Notes under the pieces: model-generated | What the model saw: the letters and a program-made list of their open reading frames with translations, nothing else | What the model was told of the DNA's origin: nothing | Databases searched by the model: none | Origin: Chrysomallon squamiferum | Lineage: Eukaryota; Animalia; Mollusca | Reading direction: 5' to 3' | DNA length: 64,000 nucleotides | NCBI GenBank assembly: GCA_012295275.1 | Contig: CM022678.1 | Coordinates: 2,480,001-2,544,000 of the forward strand | Translations under genes and position numbers: made by a program | Shown: positions 43,095-57,205 of the stretch, piece by piece | Numbering within the stretch: the stretch's first letter is position 1 | Layout: each line of letters begins with the position of its first letter

Positions 43095-43625
43095 TTAAAT
43101 ATTTTCCGCTTAATGCTGAAATAAATTAAATTAAAACGTTACAAATTTATACAAACCCGAAATGTTTTATTATCTCATCACAACAATGTTAAAAATACAT
43201 TCTGTGGTTATTTATATAAAATCTCATAAAACACATTTAAAACAAAAAGTAAATAAAAACAAACTATTATGACTTAATGTTATTAGACTGAGATTATGGA
43301 AGACAAAATATCTGCCGCTGTGTCTCACTGACAAAAGAAAACTACTGACAGTTATCTCGATGTTAGCTTTTGTTTTACTCGTTGTCACGAGTGACCACCA
43401 TTTTAGACACACGTGACTTCTTTGAGATCTGGACAATTATTAAAAGTACTGCCTGTGGTAGAAAAAAAAAACCCGTCTCATTAATGTATGTTGAAACTGA
43501 AAGTACATATCTATATTTATATATATATATATATATATATGTTTGTAAGCATATACATGTGAATAAGAAAAAAATCTGAATAATTTCAGTTTTTTTCTGT
43601 CATCTTGTCACAAAACATAAATAAT

Positions 43626-44710
43626 TTAACAATTATCTGATTCTTCAATGTCTAGAACGGCTGCAAACAGAGACTCTGCATCAGGAAAATCCTTCCCGTT
43701 TCTCTGTCTCTCCAGCTGAATTGCCTTCCTTACACTTTCTATGCTGCATCCATGCTCTAACACAGCGTCTATCATCGTACTGCGCACGCCCGACATGACG
43801 TCATCATCGTTACCTACACCCCCGACTGCGCCTTCTGTGTCTGTGTCGTTATTAACCGCATTTAGAGTCGGATCTGCTTCAGGAGTTGTCTTTTCAAAGT
43901 CAATTTCGCCCTTTCTTTCAGAATTCTGTTTTTTTATATCGTCTGTCTCTGGGCGGCCGGTCACTGAAGCAGAAGAGAAATCATTGGTTTCCATGTTTAC
44001 AGTTTCTTGTTTATCCCAAACTGAAAAACAAACGATACACATGAACAATGAGCAAAGACATTTTTCTAGATCGTTGTTATGAAGACTGACTGATGCTAAT
44101 GACACAACACAGATCTTACAGACTGTTCTGATACAAACATCAATAACAAGTAGATCGGAAACATATCTGACAGCTAACCAGAAACGTGACCCTATAACTG
44201 CATGGCACCGCACTGTATTTTTAGCATACAGAATGGAATCCTGGAATCAAACCCGTCATATGTCCAACTCAGTCGCCACGATCTTGTCTTCACCATCACG
44301 GATTACACAACAAAACAAACAACATAACACTTACCTGGTTCTTCAATGTCCAAAACGGCTACATACAACGACTCTGCATTAGGAAAATCCTTCCCGTTTC
44401 TCTGTCTCTCTAGCTGAATTGCCTTCCTTACACTTTCTATGCTGCATCCATGCTCCAACACAGCTTCTATCATCGGACTGTACACTCCCGACATGACGTC
44501 ATCGTCGTTACGTAAGCCCCCGACTGCGCCTTCTGTGTGTGTGTCGTCATTAGATACATCAGTGATACTTCGTGCTTCCATGCTGGATTGGTTGGTTTTT
44601 GTATTTTCTCCGTTACAAACCTCATCCTGAGTCGCACCATTTTCTTTTATATCGTCTGCTTCTGTGACGCCGTTTACTGGAGGACAAGAGAAATCACTGC
44701 TTTCTGCCAT
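43626..44710 (-). CDS. BIR-less IAP derivative: predicted two-exon tandem-UBA protein, 256 aa (exons 44710-44335, 44020-43626)
   Basis: Each exon keeps the IAP N-terminal peptide and the EGAVGG...UBA block but no BIR. Donor ccag|gtaagt and acceptor gtttttcag| are both phase 1; 376+395=771 nt with no internal stop. Confidence 0.72.
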
Positions 44711-44919
44711 TACAGTTTTTTGCTTGGTCTTAAGATCTGAAAGTGAAAAAGAAACAATATACACGAACAATGTTATGTATATTTATTTATTTACTTGTAT
44801 ATTTTGAAAACAAATTTAATACGTTTGTACTCTTTAAATATAAATACTAAATGTACAGAATTAATCCAGGTGTACTTTTTGATTAGTTTATATTTTCCTC
44901 CATTTCATACAACATTCAT

Positions 44920-46155
44920 CGTTTTCATTGATCCTTTTGTTCATTGAAATATTTAACAATGCCGTCACAAAAAATCAAATAATAATAACAATAACAATAA
45001 TAATAATAATATAAAACAATAATGAACTAAAATTCAAATGCACACACCTGTAAATATTTTAGACGTTTTTCAAAAAGTTATATAAAAATTAAATCCAAAT
45101 CAAAGAAACTGTATCATTACTATTTCGAATGTTAACTTTTGTAAACATAGTAATTATGACGAAGTTTAAACCTTTATGAGGGTTTTTATTCATTTATTAT
45201 TTATTTTTTGAGAAATTTCAGGAGAATATGGAATTCTCTAGTGCGTGTTTGTGCTAAAAGTAGATTTCGGAAATCCCAAAGGGAGTGTTCTAAGTAAATG
45301 TCAGGCGTTTGACCGAATTCGTGCGGTTTTACAATCTCTTGTTTTGTAATTATTTAAACTTTTACGCTGTGTGTAGCAACAGTTCGTAAATTCAGTCGGA
45401 ATCAGGGAAATTCTGTAGACTGTTTTACGACAGAATCAAGCGAGAACAAAACATTTGTTTGCGCAGATCGCTAAAACGCAGAAGTCTTTTTTTTCGCTAC
45501 TGTATTTCTTTAGAGCGTTAATATGGATTAGGATGTGTGTTGGCCTGGGAGTGCTTATTCAGTGCGTGTGTTTCTGTGTGTACACACTCACATACATATA
45601 TATACGCACACACAGTGGGGTATGCTGTAACGAATTAATTGGTTTTAAGATCGTTATAGCGTTCGTTCATCTCGCTTATAAATAACGCATAATCTAAATC
45701 AGGTAAAAACTACATCAACAACAACAACAATATTAATTATCATATTAATAATAATAGTAATAACGATGATGATAATAATCACAATAATAATAAAATACAA
45801 ATATACTCACAGAAAATGTAACGTCATCTTATAAATTTGGAAACCCAGTACTGATTAACTTCGCCAGGTTGCATGAGTGCTTTAAGCGCATGCGCGTTTA
45901 GTGACTTAGAAGCAAATGCCGGTAGTGTTCCTAATTTATTTTTGCAGCTGCTACGCTCCCAGACGGTAAACAATGATGTTTACCAAATAAATCATTATGT
46001 GATTATAGGTAATATGATTTAGATTTGTGTTAAAGTATAAGGAGACAAGTGCGTGATACTCTGACCTCATCAGTTATCGTACGATCATCCAGAGTATGTA
46101 GTATTAATAGCACAGTATAAATGGCTATATACACAGAAACAGAGACAAACAAGCA

Positions 46156-46197
<42 letters not shown>

Positions 46198-46473
46198 TCT
46201 GTCTGTGTGTCTGCTTCTCTCCCTTATTAGTTTTTAATAATGATTATATTTTGAATTTGACTGAAATTAAACAAATACTTATTACAAGTAAAAATAATAA
46301 TTTTATCAATAAAAAGAAAATGTAAGAATTGGAAACTGGTCCATAATAAAATAACCTTTTCATTTCAATCTGCTATATTTGGGTTCTTTGTCACGTGACT
46401 TAGACACGTGCAATTGTGTGTGTATTCGTGAAATAGTTATAGACAAACGCAATCTTCTCTCTCATGTATATTT

Positions 46474-46505
<32 letters not shown>

Positions 46506-46811
46506 AACAATAATATCAACAACAACAATAACAAAAAAAAAATTAACAACAACAACAATAAATGGATGGTGTACGTTGTAAAATGAAGGAGAATATTTTT
46601 ATTTCATACAATGGAAATTAAATAAAGAACAAATTCTCATCTTCATAGGGGTTTTATATTATATTGAACAGTACATTCTTCACTCAGTATTTCACTAACA
46701 AATGATCGAGGAAAACCTATCTCGATGAAATGGATAAATTCACCTAGACTGATCACTGTTTTTAATGTCTGTTTATATATAAAATACAGCCAAAGGATTT
46801 AAAAAAAATAA

Positions 46812-46842
<31 letters not shown>

Positions 46843-48860
46843 AACAACTGAAATAAACAGGTATATGAACTGTTCTATGAAATAAAAATAAAAATAATAA
46901 TCATAAAAAATATAATAATAATAACAACTGAAATAAACAGGTATATGAACTGTTCTACGAAATAAATTATTATACTTGATATGGGGGGGGGGGCGTTAAC
47001 GAGTAACAGCATTCCAGACATATTCATTACTTTAATTTTATTTTTGTTAATTTTCCTCAACAGGATCAAATAAAATAAAATAATTCGAAAGAAAGAAAGA
47101 AGTAATATAAACTTTGCGTTCTGATTAAAATACAAATATACTCACAGAAAATGTAACCTTTCTTAATTCACGGAAATTGCCACGGTGTCTGGATGCTTAG
47201 CGCATGCGCATTAGTGATGCTAAAAGTTTATAACTAATGAGTTTATTTTGAATTTTACTGAAACTGAACAACAACTTATTACAAGTAAAAATAATAATTT
47301 TATCAATAAAAAGAAAATGTGGGAATTGGAAACTGGTCCATAATAAAATAACCTTTTCATTTCAATCTGCTGTATTTGTGTTATTTGTCACGTGACTTAG
47401 ACGTGCAATTGTGTGTGAATTGGTGAAATAGTTATGCTTCACTCAGCATTTCACTAACAAATGATCGAGGAAAACCTATCTCGATGAAATGGATAAATTC
47501 ACCTAAACTGATCACTGTTTTTAATGTCTGTTTATATACAAAATACAGCCAAAGGATTTTAAAAAAATAATAATAATAAAATAAAATAATAATAATAAAA
47601 AATATAATAATAATAACAACTGAAATAAACAGGTATATGAACTGTTCTATGAAAGAAATTATTGTACTTGATATGGGGGGGGGGCGTTAACAAGCAATAG
47701 CATTCCAGACATATTCATTACTTTAATTTTATTTTTGTTAATTTTCCTCAACAGAATAAAATAAAATAAAATAATTCGAAAGAAAGAAAGAAGCAATATA
47801 AACTTTGCGTCCTGATTAAAATACAAATATACTCACAGAAAATGTATCGTCATCTTAATTTGGAACCAAGTATTCACGGAAGTCGCCATGTTATATGGAT
47901 CCTTAGCGCATGCGCATTAGTGATGCTAAAAGTAAATAAAAGTAGTGAGCCTAGTTTGATATCAGGAGCTGTGCTTATCAGAAGTTTTAAAATGAGAAAG
48001 AAGGAAATTGTTAATGAAATAGTCATTATGTGATTGTGGGTAATATGATTCAGATTTGTTATCGTAAGATCCGAACTATAAATAGCATAGTTACTAGTAT
48101 ACACGCAAAGATGCATGGCCATATAATTATATACATAGAAAGATAGATGATAGAAAAAAGATATACATACACACATACTCTCTCGCTGTGTTTGTGTGTG
48201 TCTGTCTATGTACATGTATAGTCTAATGATTTTATTTTTAGTTTTGGGGAAATTAAACAAATACTTATTACAATTAAAAAAATAATAATAATAATAATAA
48301 TAAACATTATCAATAAAAAGAAAATATAAGAATTGAAAACTGGTCCATAATAAAATAACCATTTCATTTCAATCTCCCAAATTTGTTATTTGTCACGTGA
48401 CATAGTTATGTGCGATTGTGTGTGTGTGTGTGTGTGTGTGTATTAAAATAATAACACTGTATTGAAAACTCAATAACAAAGAAGTAATATAAAATGAATC
48501 GCCTAAGACAATAGAATTGTTTTTTTTTTTCAATTTAATGAAATAAAAATATGCACAACTATAGAATCTTTTAACATCACTAATTATCTTCATTTTGTGC
48601 GTGTGTGTATATATGTATATATATATATTCTTTACCTTTGTTTCAAAAATAATCACCCTATTTTCTCTTACTTCTTTGTTTTTGTTACGTTTTTTAAAAT
48701 TATATTAAACAGTACATTCTTCACTCAGTATTTCACTAACAAATGATCGAGGAAAACCTACCTCGATGAAATGGAAACATCATTAAATTAACCTAGACTG
48801 ATCACTGTCATACCACAACAGCCAAAAGATTTGAAAAAAATAAAAAATAAAAAGTAAAAA

Positions 48861-48919
<59 letters not shown>

Positions 48920-48937
48920 TCAACAATAATAATAATA

Positions 48938-48989
<52 letters not shown>

Positions 48990-49023
48990 TAATAATCATT
49001 GTAATAATAATAATACACATATA

Positions 49024-49093
<70 letters not shown>

Positions 49094-49994
49094 TTGCTTG
49101 TCTGTATATATGAATATTCATATTCGTTTTTAACCAATCATTTTATTAAACTTAGATTTTGGAAATCCCCCAGATGTAAAGGGATTTGTAAGAAATAAAT
49201 ACCAGGCGGGTAGAAATATTAAACTTTATCTCTTTGTTTGACAGCTCCTAAATGTTATCTGCTTCAGTGAAACTCTGTACGACAGACATTGCGCTTCGGC
49301 TACTGGTATTTCGTGGGAATGTTAATATGGGTTAGGGTTTGAACTGACATGGGGATGGGTGTATGTGTTTATTCAGTGTGTGTTTGTGTGTGCGTCTGTA
49401 TGTAATTATACATGCACACTCTAAGCACATGATACAATGTTTTGAAAATGGCGACAACTACATTGTTATTTACAGAACTGGACAGAAAACATACGTAACT
49501 GATAAGTATTCAGTCAGATTTCTTTACCTTTTGTTTATTTATATTATTTTATTTCTAAGTTTAAGCAGATAACGTATTATACTTTATTATTTTATTTTAT
49601 TTTTATTTTGTTTTATAAATATGAAGTAGTTACTAACATATGCAGGCAGGTACGTGCATTGGTATATATTTGTATAAAGTATATAATACATATAATACAT
49701 ATATATATATATGTTTGTTAATTCACTAATTACGTCACAGTGGAAGCTGTACACAGAATGGTTAAGACAGTTTTACGTAACGATTGCGATTTCGTGACGT
49801 CACGATTTTAATAATCGAGAAAAAAGAAGAAAATAAGTAATTTTTCTTTTGTTTCGTAGAGCAATAACGAAGTGACGTAATTATGAGAATAAGTTAAAAT
49901 ACATTTAGAAGACAACTAGTGTAAAACGAGAAAATCGTGCAGACAGTAAGACAAAGTAAATAAATAAATAAATAGGAAATAAAGAAAACTGCCC

Positions 49995-50062
<68 letters not shown>

Positions 50063-50282
50063 CTAATATCTTTGAGAATAAAAGAAAAATGTATTTATTT
50101 ATAAGTAATTTTCTTTAGTTTCGTAGATCAATAACGAAATGACGTAATTATGAGAATAAGTTAAAGTACATTTAGACGACAACTAGTGTAAAACGAGAAA
50201 ATCGTGCAGACAGTAGGACAAAGTAAATAAATAAATAAATAGGAAATAATGAAAAGACAGACAGACACACACACACACATAC

Positions 50283-50355
<73 letters not shown>

Positions 50356-50560
50356 CTAATATCTTTGAGAATAAAAGAAAAATGTATTTATTTATAAATG
50401 TTTTGCTTTGTTATTCTTTGTTGTTATTATTTATTTATTTATTTATTTTCATTCTCATTCAGCACTGCTACATTCGTGTAAAATAAAGGTTCGTATTGTT
50501 ACTAGATATGTTTAGTCTGTAACGAGTTCTCTGAGAAAAGGAGGTAGATCACAAAACACA
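44920..50560 (-). repeat. Mosaic of inverted segmental duplications of the left part of the window
   Basis: Reverse-complement matches: 45030-45720 to 7500-8070; 45790-46160 to 6760-7135; 46240-47230 to 5680-6630; 48140-48840 to 3310-3990; 49150-50560 to 16800-18065. Confidence 0.85.
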
Positions 50561-50842
50561 CACACACACACAAACGCAAAGCTGAATTTATTGAAGTTCT
50601 ATGACAGTAGTGTTTATTTAAGTAGAATGAAAGAAGTGTTTGTGAAATGGTATGAAAATAATGTTTAGTGAAGTAGTATAAAAGAAGTGTTTATAGACAT
50701 AGTGTGAAAATAATATATATATTAAAGTAGTATGAAAGTACTGTATACTGAAGTGGTATGAATGTAGTAGAGTTTTATTGAATACTATGAAAGTAGTGTA
50801 CAGTGAAGTAGTATGAAAACAGTGTCTAGTGAATTAGTATGA

Positions 50843-50935
<93 letters not shown>

Positions 50936-50937
<2 letters not shown>

Positions 50938-52340
50938 TCCTTTGCTATGATGTGTGCCAAAGAAATGTCGTTCACAATGAACCCTAAAGTCTTTAAAAGC
51001 AAACCCTAAGTGGCAGAAGGCAGACTTGTTTATGTATTGTGTAGGCGCCCTGTCAGAGAAAAACACAACTTTTTGCATGGAGACACCGAGCTTAAGTAGA
51101 ACGTCCATTATCGACGAGTTGAATGCATGGACACCATCATGACAATGTTTCAGGTCATTAGTTACAAAAATTAATGATTTGTCATCAGGTTACAGTTGTC
51201 TTCAGAACACCTGTATGAGGCAACATGGCATGGAGTGTCTCCGAATCGTGTCCCCAATGTGCTCCCTGAGTCTCATCCTGGTACCGACATAAAACATTCT
51301 CTGCAAAATCCTGGCAGTTGACAACCCTGGTACATCACTGGAGACCGCATCATACTGTTTGCCTTGCCATCTGGCACTGAAGAGGTGTTTTGATATGCTG
51401 GCTACCGCTTCCATCAGTTCTTTGACAAAATCAGGAGCCAGTAGGGTTTTTCTCTGTCTAGTCAGCTTCTTCTTGGTGACAGCTTTGTGGATATGTGTAG
51501 TGGTCTCCCACTTAAAGAAAACCACTTGTTGTTCAGTGTGGGTCTCTAGTAGAGGGTGTGGCCTAATTTCTGTCGCAGATGTCCCACAGGCTGTGCATTT
51601 CCTTTCAAGCCATGCCATCTTGTACTCGCCATCCTCACTTCTTGGACACAGAGTTGATCGGGACAGGACGTATCTATCTTTGTACGTTAAATCGAGTAAA
51701 CGCTGAGATGCTGCAAAGCGACCAAACCCCTCTCGTTTGAGATCAACATTTGCGCAATACTCGCAGAGACAGTTCAGTTTTCTTGTGCGTGATGAAGACA
51801 AGACATCTTCGAGTCTCAGCTGTCCAAATTTTGTCTTTGAAATGACTGTAAGTGTATTTTCTGATTTAAACATTTCGTACGCTGCCGTAACTGACATAAC
51901 CATCACCCTCATTGCCACAGGATACTCATCCTTGGATCCTTTCTGTGCACTTCGCGCAGCTGGCTGAGTACGGGAAATGACACTCCTCCTGTAAAACTGC
52001 TCCACCTTTAGGACCGTCTCTGATGACAGAGCATCTTTTCTTTCTTTTTTTCGGACGTTAAAGTCATCCAAATTGTTTCCCTTTTTTTTTTTTTTTGCCT
52101 TGTGGAGAACTTCATAGTTCATTCCTAAAAGTTTTCTATTGTTATTATTATTATTATTACGAGATGTTTCTCTTCTATTTTCTCGTTCTGTGTGACTGTT
52201 TCCCCTCATTTGGAGTGTGGATGTTTGTGTGTCTGTCTGTGTGCTTGTATTCTAATCTGTTTATATGCACAGTAAAGATAACAAAATACTTCTTACCCAG
52301 TCACCAGTGTCTGTGTAAAACTGATATAAACAATTTTATT
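50936..52340 (-). mobile_element. Sola2-like DNA transposase pseudogene, copy A
   Basis: Across frameshifts: CLCEYC...LC...C..CG...KW...HLFSARWQ, then DFAENVLCRYQDETQGAHW, NDLKH, FSDRAPTQYINK and FFGTHHSKGP. This is the DFxENY / SDG-QYKN / HGKGPxD layout I associate with Sola2. It is truncated by a (TG)n(AG)n tract before the third catalytic Asp. No TIRs were found. Confidence 0.7.
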
Positions 52341-52344
52341 TAAT

Positions 52345-53319
52345 TATTTGAATTTATGATACTAAATTAATGAATGTTTACAGACATCCCAACAGAAACT
52401 CTGTGTGTCGTACGTTATGAAGTGTGTGTGAGAGTGTGTGTGTGTGTGTGAAAGTATGAATACATTTGTAGATAAACACATACATACGTATGCATATTTC
52501 TATTATTAAAAAGATTATAAAATGTATAAATAGGCAATACAAAAATATTAATTATTGTATAGCAATGTTTAGTAGATGTTACTATAAGTAATAAACTGCA
52601 CTTGGTTTTCAAAAAGCTAATAATAAAACGAAAAAAAAAATTCATGACGTCACGAAATCGACTTCGTTACGAATTACGTAAAGCTCTGTCTGAGTTGTTC
52701 TGTTTACAATGTCTGCTGTGACGTAATTAATGAAGTAACGAATAATTGTAAAATACAATAATAAAATTAAGTATAATAAATTAAATTATAAGATTGTACA
52801 GCACTGTGTAGAGGTATTAAATAAAAACATTTGTTTGGTAATCTTAAATTTATTTATTTATTTATTTATTTATTTAATTTAGTCTTTTAAAGGATTTTTT
52901 CTGAGTAAGGTAAAAGTGAATGAATAAACAAACAAAGAAATAAATTGAAAATAATTAAAATTGAAAAATGTTAAATTTTATTTTATTTCAGTTCAAGAAG
53001 GACTAGATAAAGAACTATTTATTTAGACTCAAACAGCAGCAGCAACAGTAATAGTCGTAGTAGTAGCAGTAGCAGTACTAGTATCTTTAGTAATATCAAT
53101 AACATCGCTAGTAGTAGTAGATGTAACATTGGTAATACAAATAATTATAGTAGTAGCAATAGTAGTAGTGGTAGTAGTAGTAATAATAATAGTAGTAGCA
53201 GCAGTAGTAGTAGTAGCAGTAGTAGTAGTAGCAGTAAACATAGTAGTAATTGTAGTAATTTGTAGTATAGTTGTAGTAGTGGTGATGATGATAATATAAT
53301 TATTAAAAATACTAGCAAC

Positions 53320-53361
<42 letters not shown>

Positions 53362-53500
53362 GTAGTAATAATAATAAGTATAATAATAATAATCAGAAGA
53401 TTATTAAAAATATTGGAAATAAAATAATAGCACAACAATCTTTTTATACACATACCTCGATTAAGAAGTTGAAATAAAATACGAAACGACTCCAATCTTT
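52345..53500 (-). repeat. Inverted copy of the IAP1 5' exon end and intron, including the CRE module (52645-52727), with no IAP coding exon
   Basis: Reverse complement of about 9500-10685. It abuts the upstream region of transposase copy A. Confidence 0.85.
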
Positions 53501-54134
53501 ATTATTATTATTTCTTTTTTCACTGTATGTAATACATGTATAGGTATTTAGTCAGACCGCACGTTACGCGAGTTCACGGTTGACTTGTTAACAAGAAGAA
53601 TGAAACCTGAGTAGTTATATTCGTTGTTAGAGAATAGAAATATGTCGTTTAACGCGTACGTGTTTAAAATTACTGATACTACCTGGTTTTGTCTCTAAAA
53701 CTTCAATTCTTTATTGTTGCTGTTATCGTCATCATCATCATCATCATCATCATTTTAAACATTTTCCGCTTAACGCTGAAATAAATTGAATTAAAACGTT
53801 ACAAATTTATACAAACCCGAAATGTTTTATTATCTCATCACAGCAATGTCAAAAAATACATTCTGTGGTTGTTTATATAAAATCTCATAAAACACATTTA
53901 AAACAAAAAGTAAATAAAAACAAACCATTATGACTTAATGTTATTAGACTGAGATTATGGATCCTTTTGTTCATTGAATTATTTAACAATGTCATCACAA
54001 AAAAATAAAATAATTCTAATAATAATAATAATAACAATAATAATAATAATAATATAAAACAATAATGAAATAAAATTCAAATGCACGCACCTGTAAATAT
54101 TTTAGACTTTTTTCAAAAAGTTATATTATAGATA

Positions 54135-54725
54135 CAAATTATACAATACAGGTAAATTCAAATACTAGTTATACAGGTGTAACAGTGCTGTACAGGTTAG
54201 CTGAAGGTTTTGTTGTGTATACATATATAACTTTAGTATAGTTTTGTATGTGTATAATTCTTACATATATATAACTTTTGTATGGTTTATTTCTATATCA
54301 TACTTACATAATATATCTTTAGTATGATTTATTTGTGTATATTAATTACCTATATAACTTTAGTGTGGTGTATTTGTATACAATAGTTAATACTTACATA
54401 TATGTAACTTTAGTATGGTTTTGTATCTGTGTAATAGTTACATGTACATAGATAACTTTAGTATAGTTTGGTATAATACTTACATATGTAACTTTAGTAT
54501 AGTTTTGTGTATGTATAATACTTACATATGTAACTTTAGTATAGTTTTGTTCTGGCTTTGTTCGATGTAGGATGATTCATGAGCCTGACTTATCACACCA
54601 GCTCGTAAAATCAAACAGAAATACTTTTGACTATAAGACGAAAGACAGGATTTTTTGTTTTAAGTGTACTCATTATACAGTGTTGTCAGAAACAAAAGTA
54701 GTGAAAGACAAAACTCACAGTCTTA
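54135..54725 (-). pseudogene. EXOSC6: Inverted EXOSC6 exon-3 fragment with flanking intron and an about 40-bp minisatellite
   Basis: 54550-54610 is the reverse complement of 59520-59580. 54220-54545 is a degenerate tandem of tacttacatatgtaactttagtatagttttgt. Confidence 0.7.
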
Positions 54726-54887
54726 ATGCAGTTTGCTTGTCTCTATACATGTATATTCTTATTGATTTTTAACCAATCATTTTATTACGAATTGTTTTTG
54801 CAATTAAAATAATTATTTATTACAAATAAAATAATCATTTTATGAAAGAATTGGAAACAGTTCCATTATGAAATAAGATATACCATG

Positions 54888-54965
<78 letters not shown>

Positions 54966-55169
54966 AACACACATATACAAAACTGAATGTATTGAAGTTC
55001 TATGAAAGTAGAGATTATTGAAGTCGTATAAAAGAAGTGTTTATTGAAATAGTGTGAAAATAGTATATACATTAAAGTAGTATGAAAGTACTGTATACTG
55101 AAGTGGTATGAATGTATTTACTGAGTACAGTGAAGTAGTATGAAAACAGTGTCTAGTGAATTAGTATGA

Positions 55170-55288
<119 letters not shown>

Positions 55289-56489
55289 ATGGTCCTTTGC
55301 TATGACGTGTGCCAAAGAAATGTCGTTCACAATGAACCCTAAAGTCTTTAAAAGCAAACCCTAAGTCGCAGAAGGCAGACTTCTTTGTGTATTGTGAAGG
55401 CGCCCTGTCAGAGAAAAACACAACTTTTTGCATGGAGACACCGAGCTTAAATAGAACGTCCATTATCGACGAGTTGAATGCATGGACAGCATCATGACAA
55501 TGTTTCAGGTCATTAGTTACAAAAATTAAAGAATGATTTGTCATCAGGTTACAGTTGTCTTCAGGACACCTGTATGAGGTAACATGGCATGGAGTGTCTC
55601 CGAATCGAGTCACCAATGTGCTCCCTGAGCCTCATCCTGGTACCAACATAAAACATTCTCTGCAAAATCCTGGCAGATGACAACCCTGGTACATCAGTGG
55701 AGACCGCATCATACTGTTTGCCTTGCCATCTGGCACTGAAGAGGTTTTTTGATATGCTGGCTGCCGCTTCCATCAGTTCTTTGACAAAATCAGGAGCCAG
55801 TAGGGTTTTTCTCTGTCTAGTCAGCTTCTTCATGGTGACAGCTTATGGATATGTGTAATGTTCTCCCACTTAAAGAAAATCACTTGTTGTTCAGTGTGGG
55901 TCTCTAGAAGAGGGTGTCGCCTAATTTCCGAACAGGCTGTGTCGCACAGGCTGTGCATTTCCTTTCAACGCATCCCATCTTCTACTCGCCATCCTCACTT
56001 CTTGGAGACACAGAGTTGATCTGGACAGGACGTATCTATCTTTGTACGTTAAATCGAGTAAACGCTGAGATGCTGCAAAGCGACCAAACCCCTCTAGTTT
56101 GAGATCAACATTAGCGAAATACTCGCACAGACAGTTCAGTTTTCTTGTGCGTGATGAAGACAAGACATCTTCGAGTCTCAGCTGTCCAAATTTTGTCTTT
56201 GAAATGACTGTAAGTGTATTTTCTGATTTAAACATTTCGTACGCTGCTGCCACTGACATATCCATCACCCGCCTTGCCACAGGATACTCATCCTTGGATC
56301 CTTTCTGTGCACTTCGCGCAGCTGGCTGAGTACGGGAAATGTCACTCCTCCTGTAAAACTGCTCCTCCTTTAGGACCGTCTGTGATGACAGAGCATCATT
56401 TCTTTCTTTTTTTAGGACGTTAAAGTCATCCAAATTGTTTCCTTTTTTTGCCTTGTGAAGAATTTTATAGTTCATTCCTAAAAGTATTC

Positions 56490-56544
<55 letters not shown>

Positions 56545-56590
56545 TATTAGTATTATTATTATTATTATTATTAGTATTAGTATTAGTATT

Positions 56591-56628
<38 letters not shown>

Positions 56629-56656
56629 GATTATTATTAGTATTATTATTATTATG

Positions 56657-56695
<39 letters not shown>

Positions 56696-56710
56696 TATTA
56701 TTATTATTAT

Positions 56711-56741
<31 letters not shown>

Positions 56742-57205
56742 TATTACCGAGATGTTTCTCTTCTATTTTCTCGTTCTGTATGACTGTTTCTCCTCACAAT
56801 TTCGAGTGTGGATGTTTGTGTGTCTGTCTGTGTGCTTGTATTCTAATCTGTTTATATGCACAGTAAAGATAACAAAATACTTCTTACCCAGTCACCAGTG
56901 TCTGTGTAAAACTGATATAAACAATTGTATTAGACCAGTCATTTTATTTGTAACATGAGAGTGAAGTTGTCAGTAAAATCACACACACGCAAACACCCAC
57001 ACACAATAACATACATCAACCTTACTCTGCGAAGCTGAGAACAAAACTTTTATCTTAAGACAACAATCGGTTATTTCTCTTTTCTTTTTCTTTTCTGTCG
57101 TAATCCTAAAAAATAAAAATGTAATTATCTGTTTTCTTTCTCAACTCACCGCAGTCCAGAGGAACGCCTTCACCTATTTTGATTTTGTTGTCCACATTTT
57201 AGGGT
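55289..57205 (-). mobile_element. Sola2-like DNA transposase pseudogene, copy B
   Basis: ORF pieces 55921-56475, 55561-55833 and 55287-55616 are collinear with copy A. Same truncation at HSKGP followed by (TG)n(AG)n. Confidence 0.7.
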
